Assembly: GCA_004764695.1 (NCBI GenBank)
Contig: SMSO01000032.1
Location: forward strand, 6,046,483 to 6,110,482
Origin: Schizochytrium sp. TIO01
Taxonomy: Eukaryota > Protista > Bigyra: Labyrinthulomycetes
Reading direction: 5' to 3'
Length of the DNA stretch: 64,000 nucleotides
In this document: one piece after another, positions 1-10,789 of the stretch
Layout: the number at the start of each line of letters is the position of its first letter
How positions within the stretch are numbered: position 1 is the first letter of the stretch
Position numbers and translations under genes: made by a program
The notes under the pieces: model-generated
The model's input: only the letters and a program-made list of their open reading frames with translations
Told to the model about the DNA's origin: nothing
Databases searched by the model: none

Positions 1-2
1 CT

Positions 3-2966
3 CAGGGGCAGCCTGTGGAGTTCGATCACGCTATCAACTACGTGACCAAAATTAAGAAGCGCTTCTCAGAAGAAACCGATACTTATAAGTCGTTCCTCGA
101 CATTTTGCACAGTTACCAAAACGAACAACGATCTATCAAGGAGGTCCTGGAACAAGTTTCCAACCTGTTCAAGGACCACCCTGATCTTCTCAAGGAGTTC
201 ACCTACTTTTTGCCTGATGCCGTTCGAGAGTCTGCCAAGAGCGAGTTGGTACGCCGTGCCGCCAAGGCACAAAAGGCAAGCCAACGTGCAAAGGAAAAGA
301 ACTCTCGCCGTAAGGAGAAGAAGGGCTTGCCCTCGACTGATAGCGACCAGGACGAGATGCGGGTACCTCAACTCGAACGCAACTTGCTTGGGCGTATTAA
401 GGCTGCTCTTGGTACTCGTGAACTTTGGGGTGAATTCCTGAAGTGTCTTGACCTCTTCGCTCAAGAGCTCATCTCCAGAGCAGAGCTCATCTCCCTGGTC
501 AGTGACATTCTCGGTGAGCGCGCCGATCTTCTCGAAGAGTTTGACCGTTTGCTCGCCTCCCGCGGAGCTACCGACGACCCTGTCGAGAGCGCCTGGTTTT
601 CAATGCCCTTGGCTGATATTGACTTTGACAATTGTCGCAGTTGCACGCCCTCTTACCGTGGCCTTCCTGCCGCTTTCCCCAAGGCTCCCTGCTCCGAGAG
701 AACCGCTCTGTGCCGCTCTGTCTTGAATGATACCTGGGTCTCTGTACCTTTTGGTTCTGAAGATGCAGGTTCTAAGGGATTCCGCCGCAGCCCAAATGAA
801 GATGCGCTTTTCCGTGCTGAGGATGACCATTACGAGGTTGACCTCGTTATTGACTCCAACCTTGCAGCAATTCGTGCTCTTGAGCCTTTGGCTCAGGAAA
901 TCAAATCTCTTGGATTGCAGCACGGTGATAGCACCAAATTTCGTTACCGTCTTGAGAAGCGTTCTCTCTCAGTTATCCACCTCAAGGCGATTGCTCGTAT
1001 CTATGGTGACCATGGCACTGAAATTCTTGAACTGTTGCGTCGCAACCCAGCTGGTGCGATCCCAGTCATTCTCCGTCGGTTGAAGGAAAAGCACGAGGAG
1101 TGGTGCCGCGATCGTCTTGAGCTTAGCAAGCAATGGAGGGAGCAGATGGAGCGGAACTACTTAAAGTCACTTGACCATCGCTCTTTTTACTTCAAACAAA
1201 GTGAGAAACGCGCACACACCCAAAAGGTTCTTCTCGGGGAACTTCGTGAGGCACATAACGCTAAGGTCAAGTATGATGCGGACCCTACAAAGGCAGCTTC
1301 CTCGATCATGGCTTCGGCCCAGCGCCCTTCTGGCACTGTAGACATGGAGTTCCCCGATCCGGTTGTTCACCAGCATGCTTGGGGCATTATCTCCCTCAAA
1401 GTTGAGCGCATTTGTGAAAAGACGGTGGCCCAAAAGATTGCAGCTTTCTACAACTATGCTTTTAACCCGCTCTTCCTTCTCCCACTTACATGGCTCAGCG
1501 CTGGTACTCCAATTACGGAGACTCTTAATGTGAACAAGTACCTCAGTGTTACCCCTGCCCCACGTCGTCGCGAGGATGCTCTCCCGGAAGGCACTAAAGT
1601 CCAGACACCGTTTGGACCTGGCACTGTTGGAGATTATTCCGTGAAATCGGGATTCTACACCATTGCGCTTCGCTTTGGTGTGGGCTACTTGCGTCCTGGC
1701 GATGTCTTTAAGGCTGTTGATCCTAATGAAGAGGAAGACAAGTCACCGCTTGTTGCGAGCTTCACCAAGCCTGTTACCATGGACGATGCCGCTGCTCTGG
1801 ACAGTGCTACCAAGGGCAACACTCCTTCTGCTGAGCCTCGTGATGTCTTTACCACAACGCAGGCATACTGCCTCTTGCGTCTTTATCATATGTTGTACAG
1901 TCGGTTGCTCCGCATTAAGGAATTGTGTGAAACCCGCGAAACGCTGCGACGTGTTAAGCCCATGCAGACAGACGATGATGATGCCATGGCAGTCGACAAG
2001 GACGGTGAAGACAACGAGGCAAAGAAAACTGCCGAGAAGGTATACAACGGTGAGCGTGAGTACACCCAGTTCCTTTCGCTGGTCTACAGCCTCATGAATG
2101 GAACCCTCGATACCCCAAAGTTTGAGGACGAATGCCGTGTTCTCTTGGGCCCCGAGAGCTTTGTCGTATTCACTATTGAAAAGCTTGTGGTTGCAATCCA
2201 GAAACAATTGAGCTCTATTGTAAGTGATGATCGCCCTCGCGAAGCTGCAGAGCTATACGCCTCGATTGAACACCCCTCCGAGTCTGCCAAGACCCACGCT
2301 GAGCGTCACCCTGACCCTACCGTCCAGGTGCGTGGCCTGGCAAAGGCTTACAGTTTTGTCACCAGTCATCTAATCATTCCTGCTGATGGTTTTGGCATCA
2401 AGGCACATTTTGAGCCTGGTGAACGTGCGGACCCAAACAAACCTGTGGAGGATCCGAAAGATGTCGAGGGACTTCCTGTTAAGAACACTCTTGTGCAACT
2501 TCCGCCCAAGAAGCCAAAGACGTGGGCAAAACCCCCGCGGATCTCACTCTCCTTCTCCGATCTTCCTATGCAGCTTAAACCGCCCACATCGGATACAATT
2601 CCTGCCCCTGTTCCACTCACCATCAAATATCCGTCATTAGAGGCTACCAACGTTGTTGACGTCGCTGCGCGCCATGACTTGAGCGATGTTACCAAGTCTT
2701 TCAAGTCGTACGTTGATGCGAAAGACCGCTCTCTTGCATTCTGCCTTCCATTCTTTGTTGTTGCTCACTTGCCTGTCCCGTCTGGCCTTCCCGAAACAAC
2801 CAAGAAATTTGCCGCAGCCCACCCAGCTGACACCGGTGCTTCTTCTGCCGCACCAAAAGTCACTGGTGAGACATGGTTTGCAGAGGTCATTGCCAAGACC
2901 ACGGCTGAAATGGAAGCTGACAAGCAAGCCAATGCGGGCGGAGATACCGAGATGAAAACGGAATAA
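3..2966 (+). CDS. SIN3: Sin3 transcriptional corepressor (paired amphipathic helix protein), 5'-partial
   Basis: The frame is open from position 3 (QGQPVEFDHAINYVTKIKKRF...DLLKEFTYFLPD = PAH2). It also has PAH3 (WGEFLKCLDLFAQELIS), the HDAC-interaction domain (CTPSYRGLP...LNDTWVSVP...LFRAEDDHYEVD...LKSLDHRSFYFKQ) and Sin3_C (KFEDECRVLLG...FTIEKLV). PAH1 and the start codon lie upstream of the window. Confidence 0.96.
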   Translation, partial: QGQPVEFDHAINYVTKIKKRFSEETDTYKSFLDILHSYQNEQRSIKEVLEQVSNLFKDHPDLLKEFTYFLPDAVRESAKSELVRRAAKAQKASQRAKEKNSRRKEKKGLPSTDSDQDEMRVPQLERNLLGRIKAALGTRELWGEFLKCLDLFAQELISRAELISLVSDILGERADLLEEFDRLLASRGATDDPVESAWFSMPLADIDFDNCRSCTPSYRGLPAAFPKAPCSERTALCRSVLNDTWVSVPFGSEDAGSKGFRRSPNEDALFRAEDDHYEVDLVIDSNLAAIRALEPLAQEIKSLGLQHGDSTKFRYRLEKRSLSVIHLKAIARIYGDHGTEILELLRRNPAGAIPVILRRLKEKHEEWCRDRLELSKQWREQMERNYLKSLDHRSFYFKQSEKRAHTQKVLLGELREAHNAKVKYDADPTKAASSIMASAQRPSGTVDMEFPDPVVHQHAWGIISLKVERICEKTVAQKIAAFYNYAFNPLFLLPLTWLSAGTPITETLNVNKYLSVTPAPRRREDALPEGTKVQTPFGPGTVGDYSVKSGFYTIALRFGVGYLRPGDVFKAVDPNEEEDKSPLVASFTKPVTMDDAAALDSATKGNTPSAEPRDVFTTTQAYCLLRLYHMLYSRLLRIKELCETRETLRRVKPMQTDDDDAMAVDKDGEDNEAKKTAEKVYNGEREYTQFLSLVYSLMNGTLDTPKFEDECRVLLGPESFVVFTIEKLVVAIQKQLSSIVSDDRPREAAELYASIEHPSESAKTHAERHPDPTVQVRGLAKAYSFVTSHLIIPADGFGIKAHFEPGERADPNKPVEDPKDVEGLPVKNTLVQLPPKKPKTWAKPPRISLSFSDLPMQLKPPTSDTIPAPVPLTIKYPSLEATNVVDVAARHDLSDVTKSFKSYVDAKDRSLAFCLPFFVVAHLPVPSGLPETTKKFAAAHPADTGASSAAPKVTGETWFAEVIAKTTAEMEADKQANAGGDTEMKTE

Positions 2967-3452
2967 ATGGTGAATGCATAGATATATCATTGAACTGCTG
3001 CAACACACAACAAGACCAACAATAATACTAAATCAAGAACAATGCAAATTTATACTTTCTTTTTAAAAACTCTTCATTACGAAACGAAAATCTCTTGCAC
3101 TTTGCTTGAGTGGGTTTGAAATACTACGATGAAAAGTCTTGACTTAAATTTAACCATGCAGTTTGATCTACTAGCAAAGAAGCCCTTTACCTTTTAGTTT
3201 ATTTACTGCTCTTGCTTAGTAAATACATTAAGATACTAAGTAGGTAGATAAAGGGACAATTAGCCGTTATGATGTGTTGTCTGTCTTATTGATAGCAAAA
3301 GAAAATCACTGAGCAAGAATGCTTGGGACAGGTCCCTTTCTTTATCACAACCACAAACTTGTGTCAGTCAGGAATAACATCTTTCCAAGGCGTTGGGCGA
3401 CGCTTTCTGAGGGCAGGCCTTTGAGCCCATTGCAGTGGCAGTGAGCGGTCAG

Positions 3453-3460
3453 CTTTCTTT

Positions 3461-3496
<36 letters not shown>

Positions 3497-3498
3497 TC
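3453..3498. repeat. (TTTC)n microsatellite
   Basis: Direct tetranucleotide repeat about 40 nt upstream of ATG 3537. Confidence 0.95.
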
Positions 3499-3536
3499 GT
3501 TTTCTTTGGTTTGACCTTCTCAAAAAGGTTGGCACG

Positions 3537-5795
3537 ATGAGCACTCTTGCTGATGGCGAAACCGGAGCAGGGCAAGATAGCTGGCCCGAGTCAGAGATAC
3601 AAAAGGTACGTACAACATGTACTAGAATTCAAAAGAAAGAGAGGGCACTATAGTCAAGCTTTTTTGCGGGTGAGCAGTTGTATTTCTCAAAAATCAAACT
3701 TATCAAAGTCAACTAACTAATCGTCCTTTTCTTCTTGATGTCCTAATCATTCTAGATTATCCACGATTTGGGGCAACATGATATAATCACATTAGAGAGT
3801 AAAGTGACGCAAGACTTAGTACCTGAATTCTCGCGGGCAAATGTTATACCTAAAATAGCCTGTTACTTAGTTGAGGCCAGCTTGCCGAGCGAATCAGCAC
3901 CAAATTATGCTTACGAGGCAACTTCGGCAGAAACAGATTTTCGAATTCAATGGACTGCCCGGCTCGGATATCTTTTGTTTTCATGGCATAAAGCAAGTCA
4001 CGCCCTAGCCTCCAGTGCTATTTTGCTTTTCGCTGAATTGCCTTGCTTTTTTCATCGCTCTTTGGCAACGTACGGGGGCAAATCATGTCTAGAGCTAGCA
4101 GCAGCTAAAAGCGGATTTGCTTTTCGTATTCTTGTGGCTGCAGCAGCACGTCACGAGACCGAAAAACAGCTCTCCTACACCTTTGAGAAAGAGAAAATCT
4201 TACATCTCACAGACAGACTTACCAAAGCGAAACAAGAACTCCATAAAACAACTTGTGTATGCAACGAGGTATTGCTAGCTCATGTTACACTGGTCAATGA
4301 AATGGAAAATCAATACTATATTGGCTCAGGCCAGGGGGTTGATGGAGTTCAAGATCTTGGTGATGAGGGTCTACCAGCATCTGGGCGTTATTCCTCCGAC
4401 CATGGTGAGAGTCAGGTTGCTTCATCAAGTGATCATCAGTCCTCCGCAAGAACGAAAGAATCGCTTCCCTCCTCAGTACAGCGGAAAGATGGAGAGCACG
4501 AGTCAGCGTTTCATCAATCAACGTCACGGTCTATTGAAGTTGACCCAAGCACAGGTCGCAAACGCAGTGTTGATTCGCCAGAGCCAAATGCCCATCGCGC
4601 AGCAAACTTGAGTCCTCATACAGGTCAAGAGGATAGTGGAAGTGACGATGACAGTGATGGAGACACATTTTCGGATTCTTCGCAATCTAATGACTCCAAG
4701 GAGCAAAGTTTTGTTAGTGGTTTAGACGATGTCACCCCTGCTCCAAGCCCTTCACCACATGAAGAACTCGCAGGTCTGCAAAGCGGATTAAACGCTGGAG
4801 AAGCTACAAAGCGGTCTATGCCTATGAAGCGAAAACCTGTGAGGCGAGTTCCTCAATTTATTCAAAAATTACAACCCTGGTTCCTTGGCAAAGTAGGCCT
4901 CCGTGCATGGTCTATACGACCACGAGTCTGGCGTCCGCGTTTTCTTTCTTCCAAAAAGAGCCTCAATATAGTACCAAACCCAGATGAGCTTCTGAACCAT
5001 GTGGCAATTGCATCAGATCGAAATCCTTTGTTGCTACAACAGGAAGAAACAGAAATACAGCCGGCAGCAGAATCAACAGAATCAACAGAATTAGAAAAGG
5101 AAACAGATTTGAGCCAGCGCGCTCAAGAAATGAAGGCCGTCAAACCAGATGCCGCAACCCCTGATGCAGAAAAAGCCGAGGAGGTTGCATCTGGGAATCA
5201 TGAAGACACCGTAAGTCAGAAACAAGATTTAACAACAGTGGATTTTCTGCAAGGCGATGGCAAGCCTCGAGGATTAGTTAGAGGTTCGGAAAAGGAGGAC
5301 CGGGGGGAGAAAGATAAAGATTTACAGACTGCTGCTTCAGAACAGGATGCTCTTCTAAACGCATTGCAGCCATCCAACGCTCTTTCTGAATCTGCGTCAG
5401 AAGAAGAGCTCGAATCTCCCTCCTCAGAGTCTAGCAGCGATGCAAGTGTTGATATGAATGAGAGCCCTATTAAAGTGGTACAAGACAACAAGCCGTTGCA
5501 CACCCATCATGACCATGAAGACTATCAGAGCGCTGTTGACGAGGTTTCATCTCCAAATGATGGCATAAATCGCAAAAGAGAGCGTAGTGTCATGAGTGGA
5601 GATTCTCCGAGAAGTAACAACTCGTTTACGACCCCTGATGACACAGGGTCGTCTTCCTCTGATGAAGATTCCGACGAAGATTCTCAACCATTGAAGCAGA
5701 ACAGTTTATCCCATGAACAAACCTCTCGGAAAGGCGAGACACAAGAGGTAGAGGTATTACGTGCAAACTCTTCTGCATCAATACATTCGAGGTAA
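3537..5795 (+). CDS. Uncharacterised protein with a helical N-terminal part and a long acidic/Ser-rich disordered region. Exons 3537-3605 and 3756-5795; a further 3' exon is possible.
   Basis: ATG 3537 (MSTLADGE...EIQK) is followed by donor AAG|GTACGT at 3606. Branch-like CTAAT and TCTAG| at 3755 join in phase 0 to the 675-codon ORF 3768-5795. Confidence 0.75.
3606..3755 (+). other. Spliceosomal GT-AG intron (150 nt, phase 0)
   Basis: GTACGT donor, pyrimidine tract, CTAAT branch-like site and TAG acceptor; splicing restores the frame. Confidence 0.75.
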
Positions 5796-5853
5796 TAAAG
5801 TAACCAAAAGTGAGAAGGAACTGTGAACCTTCACACAAATCATCGTATAATTG

Positions 5854-5859
<6 letters not shown>

Positions 5860-5899
<40 letters not shown>
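5860..5899. repeat. (TA)n microsatellite
   Basis: About 20 perfect TA units. Confidence 0.97.
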
Positions 5900-5905
<6 letters not shown>

Positions 5906-6337
5906 GGTGCTTGGCTGCTTCATGCTTCTTTTGTCTTTTTCATCGCATAGAGGGGTCTAAAAATAATTTTCTACTTTCTACTCAGGCATATGAGAAAGTG
6001 CAGGTGTAAATCTTTGCTTGATGGGAGTCACTACAGCACGCGTACCTAGGTTATATAGAAAGAAGGGGACGACTGGCTTGTCGAGTATATTTTTTAATAT
6101 TATTTATATTTTCTAAAAGAGAGTTTCTAAAATTAGAGCTAGAAGACACAGTCTGATTCTATTGGAAACCCAGATTCTAGCTGTACCCAGTAGAAAAGGT
6201 TTCAAGAAATTCAAGCCAAAAATATATAGCCAAACACAGATGGCAAGACAGACAAGTTCAAGTGGCGAAAAATCATAGTAAAGCATGCAATGCTATAAGA
6301 GCACTCGGCTATTGATTTGCATCAAGACAACGTCCAT

Positions 6338-7177
6338 TCATGCCTCATCAGACTTGCTCGTAGAGGGGTTTGCATCGTGCTTATCATTACTTGTGACTTC
6401 TTCTGTTTCTTCTTCATCTTCTTCTTTGTCTTCAACATTGGAAGTCTCCTCTTCCTTACTTACAGATTGCTCTTGACTCCCTTTGGAAGCCTCTGTCGGT
6501 GCAGGGACCCCTGGTTGAGTAGCTTCTTTGTTGTTCGAAGTTGCTGATGAGCCGCTGCCCGCATCGCTGAGAGTACCAATGAGCGGATATTTTTGATAGT
6601 ACTTCTCGATCCATTCATCGAGAATCTTGAGGTCCTTAGGGTCAAGGCCATCAAGGCTTGTGTTCACAACATCCTCAGGCTTTAAGGACATGAGTGCAAG
6701 AGCGCGTTGGGCGTTGTGACCAGCGAACAAATGATAACCGCCTCCAGGGCCGTAGAAGCTCTCACCACTCGATACATCAAAGACTAAGCCACGGGCTGCA
6801 ATATAAATTGGTGCACCTGACTCTCCAGTGGCCTTTGCCAATTCTTCGGGAGAAATAACACGTTGCTCGATAACATTTCCCAACTTGCAGTACTTGCTGC
6901 GGAAATCTTCGAGCTCTTCCTCGGTGGCGTCTTCTTTGTTCTTGCCAAACCATGCTCCGTAATCTGCACGGACCTTTGCGCCTTCTTCTTTATCCAAAAT
7001 ATTCGTCACATCGAAAATCTCGCCACGAATGCCCACATAGGCGTGAGCCTTTTCGCCGCCTTCGCCGTCGTAGAGCGCTAGCTGTGGCAAGCTCATATCC
7101 CGCACACGGCCTTTTGCCGGGACCTTGCCGCCAAAGTCCTCCTCGCCGCCTTCGCCGCCAGCTGCCACATTGCCCAT
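6338..7177 (-). CDS. Cytochrome b5-like heme/steroid-binding (MAPR/PGRMC/Dap1 family) protein with two tandem domains
   Basis: Domain 1: MSLPQLALYDG...YVGIRGEIFDVT...FRSKYCKLG. Domain 2: SPEELAKATG...IYIAARGLVFDVSSGESFYGPGGGYHLFAG...ILDEWIEKYYQKYPLIGTL. Acidic tail. Confidence 0.92.
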   Translation of the reverse strand: MGNVAAGGEGGEEDFGGKVPAKGRVRDMSLPQLALYDGEGGEKAHAYVGIRGEIFDVTNILDKEEGAKVRADYGAWFGKNKEDATEEELEDFRSKYCKLGNVIEQRVISPEELAKATGESGAPIYIAARGLVFDVSSGESFYGPGGGYHLFAGHNAQRALALMSLKPEDVVNTSLDGLDPKDLKILDEWIEKYYQKYPLIGTLSDAGSGSSATSNNKEATQPGVPAPTEASKGSQEQSVSKEEETSNVEDKEEDEEETEEVTSNDKHDANPSTSKSDEA

Positions 7178-7503
7178 GGTTCCCTCTCAACCTCACCTGC
7201 CTTCGCCTCTCTTTTGGCACGCCAGATCAAGCGGACTTTCCAGTTCTAGATTTACTCGCCATTGTCATTCGCATTTTCTGTCTCCATGTGCCGCTTCCTA
7301 CGCGCTTTTGTTCTTTAAATCTTCAAGTTTCTATTACTTCCTCTCAATCTAAACACTCCCACTGTTAACCCTACCTACCACGCTACTGCCAAACGGCTAT
7401 TATTTATAGTAGATGAGCTCTGTTAGGGATGGCGCCTCTATGGCTGTATAGGGCATATTTAGGGGTCTTGGTCCACCCGGCATTCCTGACTTCCCAGCTC
7501 CAG

Positions 7504-7625
7504 AAGTGAAGTATAGCCCATCTGCAAGTGAAGTATAGATGGAGCTGCACTTGTGTATCAGAGCCTCACAAGTGAACTATAGCGCTATAACCCACTTCAC
7601 AAAGCTTCTTCCAAGTTGTGTATCT
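7504..7625. promoter_or_regulatory. Phased 22-bp-period motif array AAGTGAA(G/C)TATAG upstream of the cyt-b5 gene
   Basis: Copies at 7504, 7526 and 7570; related TTGTGTATC-containing variants at 7548 and 7613. Confidence 0.45.
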
Positions 7626-9453
7626 CACTAGAGCGCGCGGAGGGCTTCGTAGCCACCTTAATCCTGGCATCTGCGCGTGGATTTAACCAGGGCTAGATGG
7701 TCAGATTAAGGTCCACGTTCCGGACGCTGCTTCTGCTGCGCCATAGGACAATGAATGCCGCTGGTACGATGACTAAGACTCGCTTATCAAACTCTAGGAG
7801 GCCTCTGAAGCGCCAAATGAATTACTTTGTACATATCGAGTTGCATTCTTCTCGCGTGGATCCGTGGCTTTGGGCCGCTTAGCGTTGGTCTTCGGGACGT
7901 CAGCCCGTTTGCCGTTGTCTCTGTGTCTCTCTCTCGGTCTCGAGGGCTCTCTCTCCCTGGAGGAGCAGTTAATTCTCCGTCGCTCGCGCGGATCCATGCA
8001 TATGCGCAGTCCCGACTCTATTTCATTTCATGATTTCTATAAATAATAATTATTAAAAATAGTGTTTTAGCACCATTTTACATTGTATTTGTTCGTAAAT
8101 CACAGTCTTTAAACTAGGCGCCGCAGCATATAAACATGAACGTAGCTGTTCTTTGCTTGTTTATGAGGTATCCCCTTGTTTGTTTCAAGTTGTTGTTTGT
8201 CTTCTTGTCTTCCTATTGACTCTGCTGCTTTGTTTGTCTTCTTACGCTTCACATTTGAGGTCAATCTTTCTTTCATTCTTTTCGAGCTGCTTTACACTGT
8301 GCTACGTTAGCTAAGCCTTCGGACTCCTAGTGCTTCAGTAGCTGCTCGTAGAGGGCAGTAGGTAGAAGAAGGATATACATAATTCCATGGTCTTTTCTGC
8401 GAAGAAGGTGAAGACCGTCGCTCCTTTTTCACGAATCGTGGATCAGCCCTTGCCAACCTTCGGCTCTGCAGACGCAGCTGATGTTGAACGGACCAGACAC
8501 CTGCCCATGCACAGGGAGGGTTCGATGAAAGCCAGGGTTTCTCTCGAGGATGGAGATCTATGCGCGCTTTCTTGATCGTTTCAAGCTGCTGTTTGTTTCC
8601 GATTACGCTCTTCAATATGCTGCCATTACTGCTGTCTGCGATTTTATTAATACCATTACTACGACAATTACTACTGCTCATCATCCCTTTAGAAATGTGA
8701 CTTTACCAACTATAATTGTTACTTCAAGTTAGAGCACTCTTTTCCTTTGGTTGCTATCATATCATCATGATGCTTCTACATACTGTGAAAGGACAACTGA
8801 GCAAAACAACACCATCATCTCTCGAACCCTTTCTTGAAAGAAACAAATAGATTGACAATCAACCTGAAACAGCTAAAGCAGCTAAAGCAGCTAAAACTAC
8901 TACTCCTAGTAGTTATGTATCACTGCTAGGGCGATGCTTAGTTGCTCAGTCATGATGGTATTTAGTATGGCGCTAAAACTTATCTAAAAAGAATTAATTA
9001 TACCGTCCTCGCAAGGCCTCCACTGCTAGGGATACCGGTATGTGGCCGCTAGCTGGCAGACAGAGCTGGCAGCTAGCGCGCTTTATATGTGTATATGGGG
9101 GCATAGCAGTAAATACGCTGCCATCGAAGACTGTTCTGGCCTTTCCCCGTTCTTCTTTTCCTGCTTCGTCGTTCTTTGCCTGCTGTGAAGGAGTGAGGGC
9201 GAAGGAGCTCGCCGCTTGGAGCATTGGGGTTGGCGGTCGCTGGGCAGAATAAGCAGCGGCGCTGCCATGGCACATCCCCAACGAGGGCCTCGTGTGCGTG
9301 TAGCTGTTAGTGTCTTCAGTCAGTCCTCCGTTGATTGATAGCTGATTTGCTTGTTTGTTTGTTTAGTTAGTTAGTTAGTCAGTTAGTTAGTTAGCTAGTA
9401 TCGCTGTTCTTTTCTGTCTGCAATTAATAGCGCGACTCAATGATTGTTTATGA

Positions 9454-9500
9454 GAAAGAATGAAAGAATGAAAGAATGAAAGAATGAAAGAATGAAAGAA
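9454..9500. repeat. (GAAAGAAT)n octamer repeat, flanked by (TTAG)n at about 9362-9393 and (AAAG)n at about 9583-9605
   Basis: About 6 direct copies of GAAAGAAT. Confidence 0.93.
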
Positions 9501-10294
9501 AAAGTGCCTCTCATGAACATAGGAATATGAGATAATATGAGATACTTTTCGCTGTAAGTAGATAATAAAGAGAGAAAGAGAGAAAGAAAGAAAGAAAGAA
9601 AGAAATTGCAACAATTGATCAGAGAGGAGAAATAAAATATTGATTGATCAAACAATTGCTGCTTCTTTGCCTCGATCAAGCGCCCGCAGACCGCAACCGC
9701 AGGTACGTTCGCGCCGGCTCGAGTGGACAAAGGTCCACAGGCAGACCTCCGAGTACCCGCAAAACCTCGCCGTGGACCGGGCCGCCTGCACGCCCCGCCG
9801 CTTTGTTGCGGGACCCGCCGCCGCTGCATGGTCGGGCTGAGGACGGCCTCCATGACGAAGAAATAAATGCCAAGTTTCGCGGAGTAAAGAGGAATAAAGA
9901 GGAGGAAAGAGGAGACCTTGATAGGAAAGGAAAGGAAGGATCCTGGCTTATCAGGACCTTGCGATGGCTTCTGGCGTACTGGGAAGAATGACAGAGGATG
10001 CAGCTTCATCCAATGTTGCAATGCAATGCGTTGCGATGCGACGGAGTATTATGTATAAATATTGATGTACATATTGAGAAAATAAGGATGGAGGTTGGTA
10101 CGAATCGAAGACTAACGGAGGACAAAATCCTCATGTGGAACTGATGTTTGCAATATGCTTGTTGATCTTTGAACGTATGGGTATAACGCAATGCGGATGT
10201 GATTGAATTGTTGTGGCAATTGGATAACTGTGTAGAAAAGGATCCGGGAAAGGAAGGACTGAGACCGTCACCGTCACCAGACAACTTCAGAAAG

Positions 10295-10789
10295 ATGCTC
10301 GGCCGTGCCCCCATGGTCCGCAGCCTTGCTGCTAACTGCGCCCAGCGCAACGTGCTCACCGCGGCTCGCAAGCCCGTGGCCACCCAGCTCATGCAAGTCA
10401 CAGATCTCTCTACTTACGACTCGGGCAAGAAGTTCGACCGCCCGACCTCCCCCCACTTGCTCATCTACTCCTGGCCTCTCGCTGCTATTGCCTCCGTCAC
10501 CACTCGTATCACTGGTGCCCTCCTCACTGTCGGTGTCTACGGTATTGGCCTCGGCTCCCTCGTCGGCGCTGACATGCCCGCCGTTATGGCCTGCCTCGGT
10601 GCTTCCAGCATTGGCCCCCTCGTCAAGCTCAGTGTTGCCTTCCCGCTCACCTACCACTTCGTCGGTGGTGCCCGCCACTTTTACTGGGAGAAGTACCCTG
10701 AGAACCTCAATGTCGATACCCAGCGCATGTCCTCCATGGCTCTCTTCGGCATCTCCGGCGCGGCCAGCTTCCTCTTGATGTTCCTGTGA
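10295..10789 (+). CDS. SDH3: Succinate dehydrogenase cytochrome b560 subunit (mitochondrial precursor)
   Basis: Arg-rich presequence, RPTSPHLLIY, S-x3-R (SVTTRITG), heme-His motif YHFVGGARHFYW, three TM helices, strong codon bias. First ATG is at 10295. Confidence 0.95.
   Translation: MLGRAPMVRSLAANCAQRNVLTAARKPVATQLMQVTDLSTYDSGKKFDRPTSPHLLIYSWPLAAIASVTTRITGALLTVGVYGIGLGSLVGADMPAVMACLGASSIGPLVKLSVAFPLTYHFVGGARHFYWEKYPENLNVDTQRMSSMALFGISGAASFLLMFL

Noticed and set aside
7504-7625. CRISPR-like repeat-spacer interpretation of the phased motif
   Set aside because: Repeats of 13 bp and spacers of 9 bp are far too short; eukaryotic context; no cas genes
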